From Promethearchaeota archaeon (lineage in GTDB: Archaea; Asgardarchaeota; Lokiarchaeia; Sigyniarchaeales; SOKP01): a stretch of DNA of 64,000 nucleotides. The DNA is taken from assembly GCA_030599585.1 (NCBI GenBank), contig JAUVNS010000002.1:32001-96000 (forward strand). Reading direction: 5' to 3'. Position numbers and translations under genes: made by a program. Each line of letters opens with the position of its first letter. The stretch's first letter is position 1. Of the stretch, positions 18,569 through 28,785 are shown in pieces. Under the pieces are notes generated by a model. The model had not been told where the DNA came from. It saw only the letters and a program-made list of their open reading frames with translations, and searched no databases.

Positions 18569-19189
18569 TTGATTATGGAAAATCCAAATATTAGCACTCC
18601 TGCTAGCGAGGAGAAACTTGAACCAGAGAAGCCAGAATTTAAAAAAAATGATTTTACGATAACATTTGATAATGTAGGGGACGGTTTCGAAATGTTTGTT
18701 CAGAAGTCTGCTGATGCTTTGTTCGGCTTGGGAAAATATATTAAGAATTTATTTACTTCAAGAAAAATAAAAAGGAAGAACGATACAAAAACAGTTAAAC
18801 CTTTTAAAATTCGAAGAAAGACCCCCGCTGAACGGCAATATGAGTTATCAAAGAAAATTTATCGCGAGCATAGGAAGCTGGAGAAGCAATTAGAAAAAAT
18901 CGATGCGTCGCTTACTAAGACACAAGAGCTTGCGGGTCAAATTAAGGAGGATACTTCGAAGATAAAGCTTGATATTGAGGCGGTGAGTGTTATATTGGAG
19001 TATCAAATGGACCGAATCGATGATGTCGAGGATTACATGAAGAACCACCTTGGAAGTGATTGGCTTCAAATCAAAAATCTCTGGTCTGAGTATAAGGAGG
19101 GTGACATGACGAGGGGCGATTTCACAAAAGCCGCATTGAAGAAGTTAGGAAAAAATTTCCTTGGAATATTTGTAAACACCGTTTCTTAA
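18569..19189 (+). CDS. Hypothetical coiled-coil protein
   Basis: 206-aa ORF with a heptad-rich central region, followed by a T tract. Confidence 0.7.
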   Translation: MIMENPNISTPASEEKLEPEKPEFKKNDFTITFDNVGDGFEMFVQKSADALFGLGKYIKNLFTSRKIKRKNDTKTVKPFKIRRKTPAERQYELSKKIYREHRKLEKQLEKIDASLTKTQELAGQIKEDTSKIKLDIEAVSVILEYQMDRIDDVEDYMKNHLGSDWLQIKNLWSEYKEGDMTRGDFTKAALKKLGKNFLGIFVNTVS

Positions 19190-19324
19190 GTCTTTAATAT
19201 TTCTTCTTTTTTTTTCAAAACAAGAAAACTTCCAAAACATCCAATTTTACAAAAAGGTAAAGACTTAAATGCTCTTTATACCAAACAATGCTTATACTTT
19301 AAATAATAGAGAGTTGGTGAGATT

Positions 19325-19837
19325 ATGGAACACGATAATCAGGCTAAATTTGACGAGAAGATTAAGGAGTTAGAAGAGAAACTGCCTAAAATGACCGTTG
19401 GCGTGAATTGTGCTGAATTGACATTGACGAGTATTTTAGATGTATTAGGCATCAATGACGGTATTATTAACAACCTTATGATTCCGCTAGCTGGTGGCTT
19501 TGGAGGATATAAATCTGAGAAGGGATGGCAAGGTGCTTGTGGTGCTGTATGTGGAGGGGTGGCAGCGTCAGGAGTAATTTTAGGCGGTAAAGAAAGGATG
19601 TCGAATGCTTCAATTCCAGTTGCGTATTTGAAAGGGGCAAAATTTGCCACAGATTTCGAAAAGGAGTTTGGGACAGTTGTATGTTCAGGGTTGTGTGGTT
19701 ACGATTTTAGCGATCCTGCGGCTTTTATGGAATACGAGAAAAATAACACTTGGGAAAAGACCTGTTCTAAGTATGTTATATGGGCAGTTGATCACACAAG
19801 AAAATTAATGCGTAAAGATTTAAGAAAAAAATGGTAA
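19325..19837 (+). CDS. C-GCAxxG-C-C family putative redox protein
   Basis: NCAE, GFGG...GACGAVCGG, FGTVVC, C-terminal Cys. Confidence 0.88.
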   Translation: MEHDNQAKFDEKIKELEEKLPKMTVGVNCAELTLTSILDVLGINDGIINNLMIPLAGGFGGYKSEKGWQGACGAVCGGVAASGVILGGKERMSNASIPVAYLKGAKFATDFEKEFGTVVCSGLCGYDFSDPAAFMEYEKNNTWEKTCSKYVIWAVDHTRKLMRKDLRKKW

Positions 19838-19955
19838 TCTTAAATTAGTTTTTTATTTTTTTATATATTTATTTAATTGAATTATTTTATTTCTACAAAT
19901 TCTTTTACTATTCTTTAAATATTTCAATCATAATAGGCTGGAAGGTGATAAATTA

Positions 19956-21218
19956 ATGAAAATGATTACTGGTGTGGACATTTTAGATAAAGAGATAAAG
20001 GAGAAGTTAAGGACAGAGAATATTTATAAGATTTTTAATAATTTTATATTTCCACTTATAACAGAGGAAGAACGGGAGTTTTTGGAGGAACTGGAGCAAT
20101 TTTTACTTAAGGAAATTGAGCCTAAAGTGAACTTAAATGAAGAAGTGTACGAACTTTTTCCTATCCTGGGTAAGAAAAACTACATCCAGAGATTAAATGC
20201 CTATGGAGATTCTGAAAGGTATAGCATGCGCTATGAAATGCTCTTAGCAATGGCAACATCAATTATTGATCCCGAGTTAGATCTAGCCCGTGTGGTTACA
20301 GGAGTAATATTTGCCAATCCTTTGTTTCAATTTGGTAGAGGAGATAGAATTTCTGAAATTTTGAATGAAATTATTACGGGGAAAAAGATAGGTTGTATTT
20401 GTATCACTGAGAAAAAGCACGGTTCTGATGCTGTGAATATGGAAACCAAGGTTATTGAAAAGGGAGATCATTTAACATTTACGGGAGAGAAATTATATAC
20501 GACGAATGGTCCAGTAGCTGATTATTTTATTGTGTATGGGGTCTCAGACGTCTCAGATCCACGAGGAACAATGTATCAAGCAGTTGCAGAAAGAGGATAT
20601 GAAGGATTGCAAACTAATAGACTTGGTATTCAATCAGTTCCGCGCGTACAAATAGGGCAAACTCTTTTTAATTCTGTGAAAATCCCTAGAGAAAATATTC
20701 TTGGAGGGAAGGGTCAAGGTTATAAGAATCTATTTTCTGGACTTGTCGCTGAAAGATGTTCTATTATTGGATCTAGTTTAGGTATTGCGTGGTTAACTGC
20801 GGTTACAGGTCTTATATACACAAATTTAAGAGTTCAATTTGGTCGCCCTTTATATGATTTTCAAGGTATTTCGCTTCCTCAAGCCCAGAATTTTACCGAA
20901 CTTATGGCAGCTACAGAACTTGGTTTTAAGTCAGCTTCGGAGTATAATAAAACAATTGAGCAAAAACATTTCGATCAACAAAAATTCATTAAATATAACG
21001 CCGCTTTTAGTTCCGGGACAAAATATCTTGCCTCACACTTAGCTCATAAAATATCGTATGAAACTCAACAATTATGTGGAGGTATTGCATTTACAGATAA
21101 CCTGCGAATTGATAAAGCATTAGAAGTTGCGAAAGTTCAGGAAATAATAGGGGGAGCTCGAAATATACAGCTCTATTTGGTTAGTAGAGGCATTAAAGAC
21201 ATGATATCTCTTTTATAA
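19956..21218 (+). CDS. Acyl-CoA dehydrogenase family protein
   Basis: CITEKKHGSDA, GEKLYTTNG, RVQFGRPL, QLCGGIAF, EIIGGARNIQ. Confidence 0.92.
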   Translation: MKMITGVDILDKEIKEKLRTENIYKIFNNFIFPLITEEEREFLEELEQFLLKEIEPKVNLNEEVYELFPILGKKNYIQRLNAYGDSERYSMRYEMLLAMATSIIDPELDLARVVTGVIFANPLFQFGRGDRISEILNEIITGKKIGCICITEKKHGSDAVNMETKVIEKGDHLTFTGEKLYTTNGPVADYFIVYGVSDVSDPRGTMYQAVAERGYEGLQTNRLGIQSVPRVQIGQTLFNSVKIPRENILGGKGQGYKNLFSGLVAERCSIIGSSLGIAWLTAVTGLIYTNLRVQFGRPLYDFQGISLPQAQNFTELMAATELGFKSASEYNKTIEQKHFDQQKFIKYNAAFSSGTKYLASHLAHKISYETQQLCGGIAFTDNLRIDKALEVAKVQEIIGGARNIQLYLVSRGIKDMISLL

Positions 21219-21287
21219 TTATACAAAAGAAAAAAAAGTGGTATAATTTAGGTAAATAAATCTGGAATTCGTATTTAGATTAACATT

Positions 21288-21587
21288 TTAACCTAGACCA
21301 ACCATACTCAAGGCGTCTTTCGCTTCTAAAACGGGATGGATCGTATATTTGTAGCCCACTATGTCCATATATCCAGAAAATCTTTTAGTGATTGCTTTTA
21401 AAGCGTCGAAGTATTTACTATCATCTTCAATCTTATAAATCGTGAAAAAAATATAATCACCCGCCGCAGAGTTAAATACATGCTCAGTTTTTATATAATC
21501 AGGTAATTTTTCAAGTTTTAGAAAGGTTTTTCCAACTTCCATTCCAACGTGAGCCGGGAAACTTCCTGTGATAACAATATAAGCCAT
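21288..21587 (-). CDS. Small ~100-aa paralogous family protein (copy 1 of 4)
   Basis: Similar to ORFs at 30916, 58716 and 63092 (FP.H...E..K.FL...Y..I.G..Y......EAL..LG); GGAGGT SD. Confidence 0.75.
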   Translation of the reverse strand: MAYIVITGSFPAHVGMEVGKTFLKLEKLPDYIKTEHVFNSAAGDYIFFTIYKIEDDSKYFDALKAITKRFSGYMDIVGYKYTIHPVLEAKDALSMVGLG

Positions 21588-21714
21588 TAGTATTACCTCC
21601 TTTTATTAATTAGCAGAAAAAGTTATGAATTAGATAATTTTAGGTAGATTTCGTTAAGTGTTTTAAGACACTTTTGTATAAAACTTTTATGATATTAAAT
21701 GTAATATTTTTGAA

Positions 21715-22335
21715 TTACTTAGCATAACGGAGGAGATACCACTGTTCGACATCAGTCTTGGGTATAGTTCCTTCTCTCACTACCTCAAATTCAAACCGTT
21801 TGTAGAATTTCACATTTATTTCAGTAGAAGTTTCAAGAAATACGGGTAGTGGATTTGTGTTATCGATTTTTTCAAGCATATATTCCATCAACAAGCTTCC
21901 ATATCCTTTCCCCTGATGTGTGGGTTCTACACCAAGCGTTTGCAAGTACCAGTGATCACCAGGAGCAAACTCCCGATGCACCACAGTACTATGTTCTTCA
22001 ATAGGTTTAATCCGCTTACCAGCTTCTCTTCCTAATTTGTAGAATTTTGCCTTTAGTAAACATCCGATGTCCATTATTAACTTATATTCTTTATTAATGT
22101 AAGGTAGCCATACAGCTACGCCTTCTAAATTGGAAGAGGTCGCGTGTGTCTCGCCGTATTTAACGCCCAAACAGCTTGTCATTTGAAAAACATATTTCAT
22201 CACAGCATGCCTTTTTTCTTTGTCAGGAATATCATAAACTGAAACAGGATCGTCCTGTAGAGCGCGACCCAAAACTTCACCTGCGTTTCTAACTTGAGTT
22301 TTGTCTAACGTTATAATATCTTCTTTTGATAACAT
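21715..22335 (-). CDS. GNAT family N-acetyltransferase
   Basis: WYLQTLGVEPTHQGKGYGS, FLET, NVKFYKRFEF. Confidence 0.92.
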   Translation of the reverse strand: MLSKEDIITLDKTQVRNAGEVLGRALQDDPVSVYDIPDKEKRHAVMKYVFQMTSCLGVKYGETHATSSNLEGVAVWLPYINKEYKLIMDIGCLLKAKFYKLGREAGKRIKPIEEHSTVVHREFAPGDHWYLQTLGVEPTHQGKGYGSLLMEYMLEKIDNTNPLPVFLETSTEINVKFYKRFEFEVVREGTIPKTDVEQWYLLRYAK

Positions 22336-22483
22336 ATGAAAGAATTAAATTATTTCAATAAAAAGATATAATAGACCAATAAACGAAAAAAATGTTATCA
22401 AACTTATTTACCAGGAGCAGTTGTATTTTACTCTTGAATTATTAAAAAAAAAGTAATATTAAAGTTTAAAACTTGATTTTAAA

Positions 22484-23857
22484 CTATTTTAGTTTGTATT
22501 TCTGCTTCTTTATGAGCGAAATAGTTGATATCGTAGTGAGCGCTATGATAATAGGGAGGTAATATCCTGGGATAAAAGGATTCTGAGGAGGAAGAGGCGC
22601 AATGCATCCGAACATGTCGTAATATATATAGTTCTCGTTCTGTTGTTGTCTTATGCTCTGATTAAATTCACTATATACCCAAAAAACTTCATTAGGAAAT
22701 GACATGGTTCCGTATCCACCTACAATAATTCCGATTTCTTCGGACGCGTTGTAATGTTCAAGTTCCGTTTTTGGAATGCTCATTTCAAACATCCTATGAT
22801 CGGATGCGTTGTTTGCGCTTGGTCCAAAGCTCCATTCAATATTGTAGTTTGAAATCGATGAGTAAGGGCTCAACATAGCACCATTAAATGTATTGGTGTA
22901 ATTATATCTAATTGTAAACTCGAGGTATTCGAATTGAGTCATGAATGGTGCGCTATTATTACCGATGATGCTAAATTTCATTACATACTTTGACGACAAA
23001 TTTGCGGGTCCGTAATCGAAGGATTCTGCGAGAAGGCTTGTGCCCGTATTGATTGATCGAGTTTGTAGCGGATCGTTAGAATCCATAGTTCCATCGTTAT
23101 ACCAGAACACCAGTTTATGGTCTGAGATTGTTGTGTTCATCCGAGTTTTAAGCTCTAATTTCACTTCGTTTACTGCATCGGCGAAGAGTTCAGGAAAAAG
23201 TGGGAACCATTCTTTAATGTCTACGGAAAAATCCAGCTGAGTTAGGTGATCGCCTGCGCTTAACGATGATGTTATATTAAAATAGGGAACGGGTCCCCAA
23301 TCGAAATGAGCATAATTACCTTGAGTTGTTCCATAGATTGCATTGTATTCGCCATCATTATTAACATCGTAGCCTCCATATAATCCAGTGTATTGATTCC
23401 GGAAAAAAGGAAAAACATCATCGTTTTCGACATCGTGAAGTAATGATTCAGTCCCATTATTGAGGTAGGAAGCCCAACTTGTAACATCATCAAATGTCTT
23501 GTTATTCACATTCATCCAGACACCGACCCATTCGTCTGTTGTACCCCCCGTCTGATCACTACATAAATCAAGACCTACATAAAAATTAGTGACATCTTCA
23601 CCAAGATACATATAATTGAAGCCATCCTTGTCTGGTGGATTAAATGTATCGTCGATATTCAGGTAAAACTTAACTTTCCAATCACGATCTGACCACTCTG
23701 CTTCGTTAATAACTCCGTCCACAACGATATCCTCCATAGGCGCTGAACCGCTACTTTTAGGCACTTGTGCTGAAAGGTTAACTGAAAACATACTAAGGCT
23801 CGACAAAAATGTTAAAGAGAACAACAATAATAAGGTTTTAAATTTTTGATTTACCAT
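22484..23857 (-). CDS. Secreted/cell-surface protein with C-terminal IPGY-TM-basic anchor
   Basis: N-terminal signal peptide; IVVDGVINEAEWSD (DOMON/CBM9-like start); many NxS/T sequons; FIPGYYLPIIIALTTISTISLIKKQKYK. Confidence 0.75.
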   Translation of the reverse strand: MVNQKFKTLLLLFSLTFLSSLSMFSVNLSAQVPKSSGSAPMEDIVVDGVINEAEWSDRDWKVKFYLNIDDTFNPPDKDGFNYMYLGEDVTNFYVGLDLCSDQTGGTTDEWVGVWMNVNNKTFDDVTSWASYLNNGTESLLHDVENDDVFPFFRNQYTGLYGGYDVNNDGEYNAIYGTTQGNYAHFDWGPVPYFNITSSLSAGDHLTQLDFSVDIKEWFPLFPELFADAVNEVKLELKTRMNTTISDHKLVFWYNDGTMDSNDPLQTRSINTGTSLLAESFDYGPANLSSKYVMKFSIIGNNSAPFMTQFEYLEFTIRYNYTNTFNGAMLSPYSSISNYNIEWSFGPSANNASDHRMFEMSIPKTELEHYNASEEIGIIVGGYGTMSFPNEVFWVYSEFNQSIRQQQNENYIYYDMFGCIAPLPPQNPFIPGYYLPIIIALTTISTISLIKKQKYKLK

Positions 23858-24064
23858 GATCTTTTCATTTTTAATTTTAAAATTAGTTTAAAGATAATAT
23901 TCAAACTGCCTATATAAATTTGCTGATGGTTTGCTTGAAAATTGTTCGCTTGTCCCTTTTAGTTATTTTAATTAATACTCTAGAATTGACAAGAAAAAAA
24001 TTTAGACCCACGAATATCCCCTTAAGTATTAACAAGTGATTCTACGGAAATCCGAAATGTATTT

Positions 24065-24802
24065 ATGACTGGAATTATTTATGTACATGTAATAATGAAG
24101 ACAGAAACAGAAAAAGACGACCAAGAGTCGTGCCAATCCACTATAAATCCCAGCGAGTGGAAGGGAAGAACGATAGAAATTGACGACGCTGGGACGGGTG
24201 ATCTCGTCGGAGATGCCTTTATTGGCTTTCGAGACACGAACACGGGAAAAATAATTTTTCAATCGGTTCCAGTTATCCTCTATAACAAGGAGAACAAGGA
24301 AGAGGATCGACCGAAGAAACATATTCTAAAGATAGTTATCAAAGCTCTTAGAGCGCTTAATCACAGCAAGGGAGATAGAATACTCCTATGCCGGGGTAAT
24401 TGTTTTGATCTTGTTAGAGAATATTTTGACGAGAATAAAATATACTACGAAGCGGCAATTGTCGAAGGAGAACTCCAAGACGCTGTGGAGGGTAGATTTA
24501 TTCAACACCTCAGAACATTAGGAATGGGCTCAAAGAACCTTACGAATGACTCAGGTATCAAGAGATATTTTATCTCGTTTAACTGGGTATGTCAAGACTT
24601 CCCAAATCGGGAGCGCTACGTTAAGACGGGCTTCCCATCATGGAAAAGGAAGTGGCGTAATATAGCTATTGAGCGCTACCAAAATTCTAGGAGAGGTAAG
24701 GCTCAAAGAAGAGAGTTAATCGAGCGAAGAGCGAACGAAATCTATAACGTTATGCTTGAGAAACCTATTTCTATAAGAAAGGCAGTCTCTGAGAGTAGAT
24801 GA
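24065..24802 (+). CDS. RNase H-like fold hypothetical protein
   Basis: IEIDDAGTGDLVGDAFIG resembles the RNase HII GxDEAGxG motif; true start probably 24095. Confidence 0.55.
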   Translation: MTGIIYVHVIMKTETEKDDQESCQSTINPSEWKGRTIEIDDAGTGDLVGDAFIGFRDTNTGKIIFQSVPVILYNKENKEEDRPKKHILKIVIKALRALNHSKGDRILLCRGNCFDLVREYFDENKIYYEAAIVEGELQDAVEGRFIQHLRTLGMGSKNLTNDSGIKRYFISFNWVCQDFPNRERYVKTGFPSWKRKWRNIAIERYQNSRRGKAQRRELIERRANEIYNVMLEKPISIRKAVSESR

Positions 24803-25027
24803 AACCCTTAGTATTTAGAGAATAGAACCTAATTATTGTTAAAAAAGCAGTTTCTTATACTTTAAATGCAAAAACATCACCCTTCTATCTTTTTATAAAA
24901 GATTTATTTAAATAAAACCAATGTGTAAAGATAGAATTAATACGCTTTCTAATGGTGTTTTTAAATTAACATAATAAATAAAAGAATTGTATCTTTACGA
25001 CCTAATTTTTTATGGAGGTAATTAACC

Positions 25028-25546
25028 TTGGGTAAGGGTAGTACAGTTTTAGGTGTAATAGCATTAATTTTGGGAGCAAGTGGTTTAGGATTAGGAGGTT
25101 TAGCGTGGATATCTGTATCAAGAGTAGAAACTCAAGTAGCCAGCTTTTCTGAACAAAATACATGGTATAAATACAACGAGACAGTATTTAGCTGTGATCC
25201 AATACAAACATATTTAACATTTACTGGTTTAACGATTGAATTTGAACTAGGACCAAACGAATCGGCATATTTTAGTTTTACAAGTCGGGGACACACGGAG
25301 CAAAATCTAGGAGCGTGGTCCCGGATTTTAATTCTTTTTAAAGTAGATGGAATTAGTAGACTTGATCCGAGTGCTGAGGTGGGAGCTTATAATGTAGGTT
25401 TTGTCATGCATTCTATGATTCATTTACAAGATGTTAGGGATGATTTATCACCCGGCGTACACACAGTTACTGTAGTTATTAGAGGGGATCCAGCAGCAAA
25501 TTATGTTTGGAAGAGTTCATTATTCGTCCAAAAGTTTCCTATGTAA
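25028..25546 (+). CDS. Membrane-anchored beta-rich protein
   Basis: N-terminal TM (VLGVIALILGASGLGLGG) plus beta domain (LSPGVHTVTVVIRG); GGAGGT SD; T15 tract after the stop. Confidence 0.75.
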   Translation: MGKGSTVLGVIALILGASGLGLGGLAWISVSRVETQVASFSEQNTWYKYNETVFSCDPIQTYLTFTGLTIEFELGPNESAYFSFTSRGHTEQNLGAWSRILILFKVDGISRLDPSAEVGAYNVGFVMHSMIHLQDVRDDLSPGVHTVTVVIRGDPAANYVWKSSLFVQKFPM

Positions 25547-25581
25547 TTTAAAAAAATTGGTTTTTTTTTTTTTTGAAATCA

Positions 25582-26281
25582 AAGTGGACAATAAAGTATA
25601 TTAACGCCGATGAAGAAATACATATCACATAATCAGTATTTAGTTTAGAATTTGAGTAAATCAATATAAGAAAACATGAGTTGAGAATTGATGGGAAAAC
25701 GAAAAGTTTCAATATTTAGTATTTTAGCGCTTATTGTAGGGCTTTCTGGGCTTGGACTAGGAGTGTATTCGCTATATAATTACCAACAGCTTGTTAATCA
25801 AGTAGAGCCCCCAAGACCTTTAGCAAGAGCATACCTAAATTTTGGATACATGTTCTCGAGCGGGAGCTATAATCTCGTGAATTTTGATGTTTTAGATTAC
25901 GACGAGACAGGTGACTTTAATTTAATGACAGACAGGTTTATTTGTCCGATTTCGGGATATTACCTCATTTCAGGAATGGTTACATTTGGTGGTATGCAAG
26001 ATGGAGAGGCGATATTTGCGGCAGCGTTTATAGAGGGCGTCTTAAAAGCGTGGATTATAGCACGCGCGGCTCATTCAACCATTTTATCAACGAGTTTTAC
26101 AGATATCGTATATTTAAACGAGGGAGATTATGTTGAGCTGCGGGCGTATCATACTGGGAGTGGTCCAAGAGAGATTTTTGGAGATTCACAAGGCATATAC
26201 ACGTACCTTACGATCGCAGCTACAGATATTCTAAATTAATAATACTTTTTTTTTATTTAAGTGGACAATAAAGTATATTAA
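25582..26281 (+). promoter_or_regulatory. Duplicated 23-bp promoter-like element upstream of the two C1q-like genes
   Basis: AAGTGGACAATAAAGTATATTAA is identical at 25582-25604 and 26259-26281 (purine-rich BRE-like plus TATA-like). Confidence 0.6.
25688..26239 (+). CDS. Membrane-anchored C1q/TNF-like domain protein (copy 1)
   Basis: VNFDVLDYD..GDFN..TDRFICPISGYYLISG...IVYLNEGDYVEL matches the C1q pattern F.CP..G.Y...L..GD.V. Confidence 0.72.
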   Translation: MMGKRKVSIFSILALIVGLSGLGLGVYSLYNYQQLVNQVEPPRPLARAYLNFGYMFSSGSYNLVNFDVLDYDETGDFNLMTDRFICPISGYYLISGMVTFGGMQDGEAIFAAAFIEGVLKAWIIARAAHSTILSTSFTDIVYLNEGDYVELRAYHTGSGPREIFGDSQGIYTYLTIAATDILN

Positions 26282-26366
26282 TCCCGGAGTGGAAATACTT
26301 ACCATATTAATTAGCTTATATTTTAAAATTAAGAAAATCAAATAAGAAAAAGCGAGTTGAGAAAAG

Positions 26367-26903
26367 ATGGGAAAGAAAAAGGTTTCAATTTTTAGCGTTT
26401 TAGTATTTATTGTAGCGCTTTTGGGGCTTGGAGTCGGAGCGTATTCATTATATAATTACCAGCAGCTGGTTAGCCAGGTAGAACATCCTAAGTCCTTGGC
26501 GAGAGCATTTTTAGAAAACAGTTATTCAACCCTGGATGAAGAATGGTTTAAAGTTGATTTTGATGTGCTAGATTACGATGTGAGTAGTGATTTTAATATT
26601 ACAACTGATAGGTTTACCTGTCCGACTTCGGGGTATTACCTTATTTCAGGAATGGTTACATTTAGTTCTATGCAAGATGGAGAGAGAATCGAAGTGGGAG
26701 CGTTAAGCGAATTTTTTTTTGAAGCGGGAAGTGTAGCTCATGCATCTCATACAAACATTCTATCAGCTGGTTTTACAGATATCGTATTTTTAAACGCAGG
26801 AGATTATCTTGAGTTTGTAGCATATTATACTGGGGCTGCGTCGATTTACGGAGACTCTTCAGGTAAATACACGTACTTTACAATCGCAGCTATGGATTTT
26901 TAA
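26367..26903 (+). CDS. Membrane-anchored C1q/TNF-like domain protein (copy 2, tandem duplicate)
   Basis: Highly similar to the preceding ORF; FTCPTSGYYLISG, VFLNAGDYLE. Confidence 0.72.
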   Translation: MGKKKVSIFSVLVFIVALLGLGVGAYSLYNYQQLVSQVEHPKSLARAFLENSYSTLDEEWFKVDFDVLDYDVSSDFNITTDRFTCPTSGYYLISGMVTFSSMQDGERIEVGALSEFFFEAGSVAHASHTNILSAGFTDIVFLNAGDYLEFVAYYTGAASIYGDSSGKYTYFTIAAMDF

Positions 26904-26965
26904 ATTAATAACTATTTTTTTTTTAATTTCGTACGTGTGGAAAAGCCCATTATCAGAATATTCAT

Positions 26966-28189
26966 TTAGTTCTTAACTAGGTAAAATATAAAAGCTGAGA
27001 TTAAAAGGACGATGCTAACCATTAGGAACACACCTCCAAAAGAAAAAAAGATTAGGATATATCCACTTAGGATGGGGCCGATAGTTTGTCCTATGTCCAT
27101 AATGGTACTCAAAGTTCCGATTGCGGTACCATAATCTTCTTTTTTAGAAATATCTGATACATAAGCGGCGGTAGAAGAGATTACCATGGCCATACCGATT
27201 CCAAAAGCGCACAATATCAAAATTACTCCGATATAATTGGTCGTAATTGGAATTATCCACGATACTCCTCCACCTAGTAAGAGTCCTACGAGAATAGTTA
27301 AACGACGACCAACTTTATCTGATAAAAATCCCATTAGGGGTTTGAACACAACAAGCATTAAAGTTAAGATTGCAGGAATTAAACCAATCAACCAGGTGTC
27401 GAAATTAAGCGAGTTGGCATATATTATTATATAGGCTTCAATAATCCCGAAGGCAAAATATTGGCTAGCTTGAACAATGGAGGTTGATAGTATGATCTTA
27501 TGGGTTAAAACTTCTTTAATTCCTTTCGCGAATTCTTTTATTGTTAGTGAGGGTTTTTCCGTTACTTGTTCGAATTTAATATTGGTGGTTCGATTTCGAT
27601 AAAAGAACACCGTAATCGTAAGAGCGATAGCGCCTGAAATCGCACATCCAATGTAGACGCCATAATAATAATTAGTGGTTATAAATAGAATTGTCCCTCC
27701 AGTTATAGGTGCCAGGAAGCGTCCGATGAGAGTAATTGAAGAAAACGACGAAATATATTTACCTTTATTATCAGGATACGATTCAGCAATAGCAGCCATT
27801 GCAACGGGAACGAAAATTGCGGTTGAAAAGCCGTGATAGAAACGAATAATCATCAAAATCCAAATGTTTATCGCAAAAAGATAAAAAAAGGGAGCGGTCG
27901 CAAAGATTATGGTCGAAACGAGAATTAGTTTTCTTCGGCCGTACATGTCTGATAATCGTCCAGCGATCATGCTAACTAAAATTCCTGGAACGGTGGAGGC
28001 CGCAATAACGTAACCAATAAATCGCATTTCGAATTCCGAAGTAATTAAAGATTCTGCGAAGAGGGGTAAAATTGGACTTTTGGACATTGTAGAACTAAAC
28101 AACGCAAAAAATCCGATAAAGCTGATAACAAAAAAAGAAATTATTTTAAGGTTTTTGACACCTTTTTTATCTTCTATTTCGTTGGTCAT
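26966..28189 (-). CDS. MFS transporter
   Basis: About 12 TMs; GRLSDMYGRRK and GFLSDKVGRR motif A. Confidence 0.92.
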   Translation of the reverse strand: MTNEIEDKKGVKNLKIISFFVISFIGFFALFSSTMSKSPILPLFAESLITSEFEMRFIGYVIAASTVPGILVSMIAGRLSDMYGRRKLILVSTIIFATAPFFYLFAINIWILMIIRFYHGFSTAIFVPVAMAAIAESYPDNKGKYISSFSSITLIGRFLAPITGGTILFITTNYYYGVYIGCAISGAIALTITVFFYRNRTTNIKFEQVTEKPSLTIKEFAKGIKEVLTHKIILSTSIVQASQYFAFGIIEAYIIIYANSLNFDTWLIGLIPAILTLMLVVFKPLMGFLSDKVGRRLTILVGLLLGGGVSWIIPITTNYIGVILILCAFGIGMAMVISSTAAYVSDISKKEDYGTAIGTLSTIMDIGQTIGPILSGYILIFFSFGGVFLMVSIVLLISAFIFYLVKN

Positions 28190-28719
28190 AGAGACTCATT
28201 GAGTTTTTGTTTAATGAACGCATGCCTTTCTGGTCGTGTTTTGATGTTCGCTATTTCGTCCTTATATTTTTCACGGATTATTTGTTGTTTAAAGTACGTG
28301 TATACGGCGTCGTAAACCGGAAATTCCTTTTCCAATGCTTCGTGATCTGAATCTACTAAAAATGGAGTTCCAACTGCCACAAGTTCTAACGCCCACGCCA
28401 AAGGTTCCTTGTCTATTCCTCCCGTATCTGCGGCTCTCACAAGTTTTCTAACTCTTTGCAGAGCTTCATCACTTTCGAGCTCATATTTTTCCACGATGGC
28501 GTCAAACGTGCAATGTTTCTCACCGTTGCATATGTGGTGATCGAGTTCTACTCCCGTGCCAGCAGTATCAAATGGAATTGCTCCAGTATTCGCTACAAAA
28601 TCGGGTATTTCGTCTCTCGGTAGGAAAACGAATTGAGCGCGCTTGTCAACGAATCTTTTGATTAACCAAGGGCTAGCTACTCTATCAATATGTACATAAT
28701 CTCGGGTTACCCATAACAT
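28186..28719 (-). CDS. Chromate resistance protein ChrB-domain protein
   Basis: WVTR..HIDRVASPWLIKRFVD...PFD...HCTFDAIV; ATGA overlap with the MFS gene. Confidence 0.85.
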   Translation of the reverse strand: MLWVTRDYVHIDRVASPWLIKRFVDKRAQFVFLPRDEIPDFVANTGAIPFDTAGTGVELDHHICNGEKHCTFDAIVEKYELESDEALQRVRKLVRAADTGGIDKEPLAWALELVAVGTPFLVDSDHEALEKEFPVYDAVYTYFKQQIIREKYKDEIANIKTRPERHAFIKQKLNESL

Positions 28720-28785
28720 TTTTTTCTCACTTTTTAATTGATTTTGCTTCTGTATCTATTCAATTATTCAATTTATTTAAAATTT

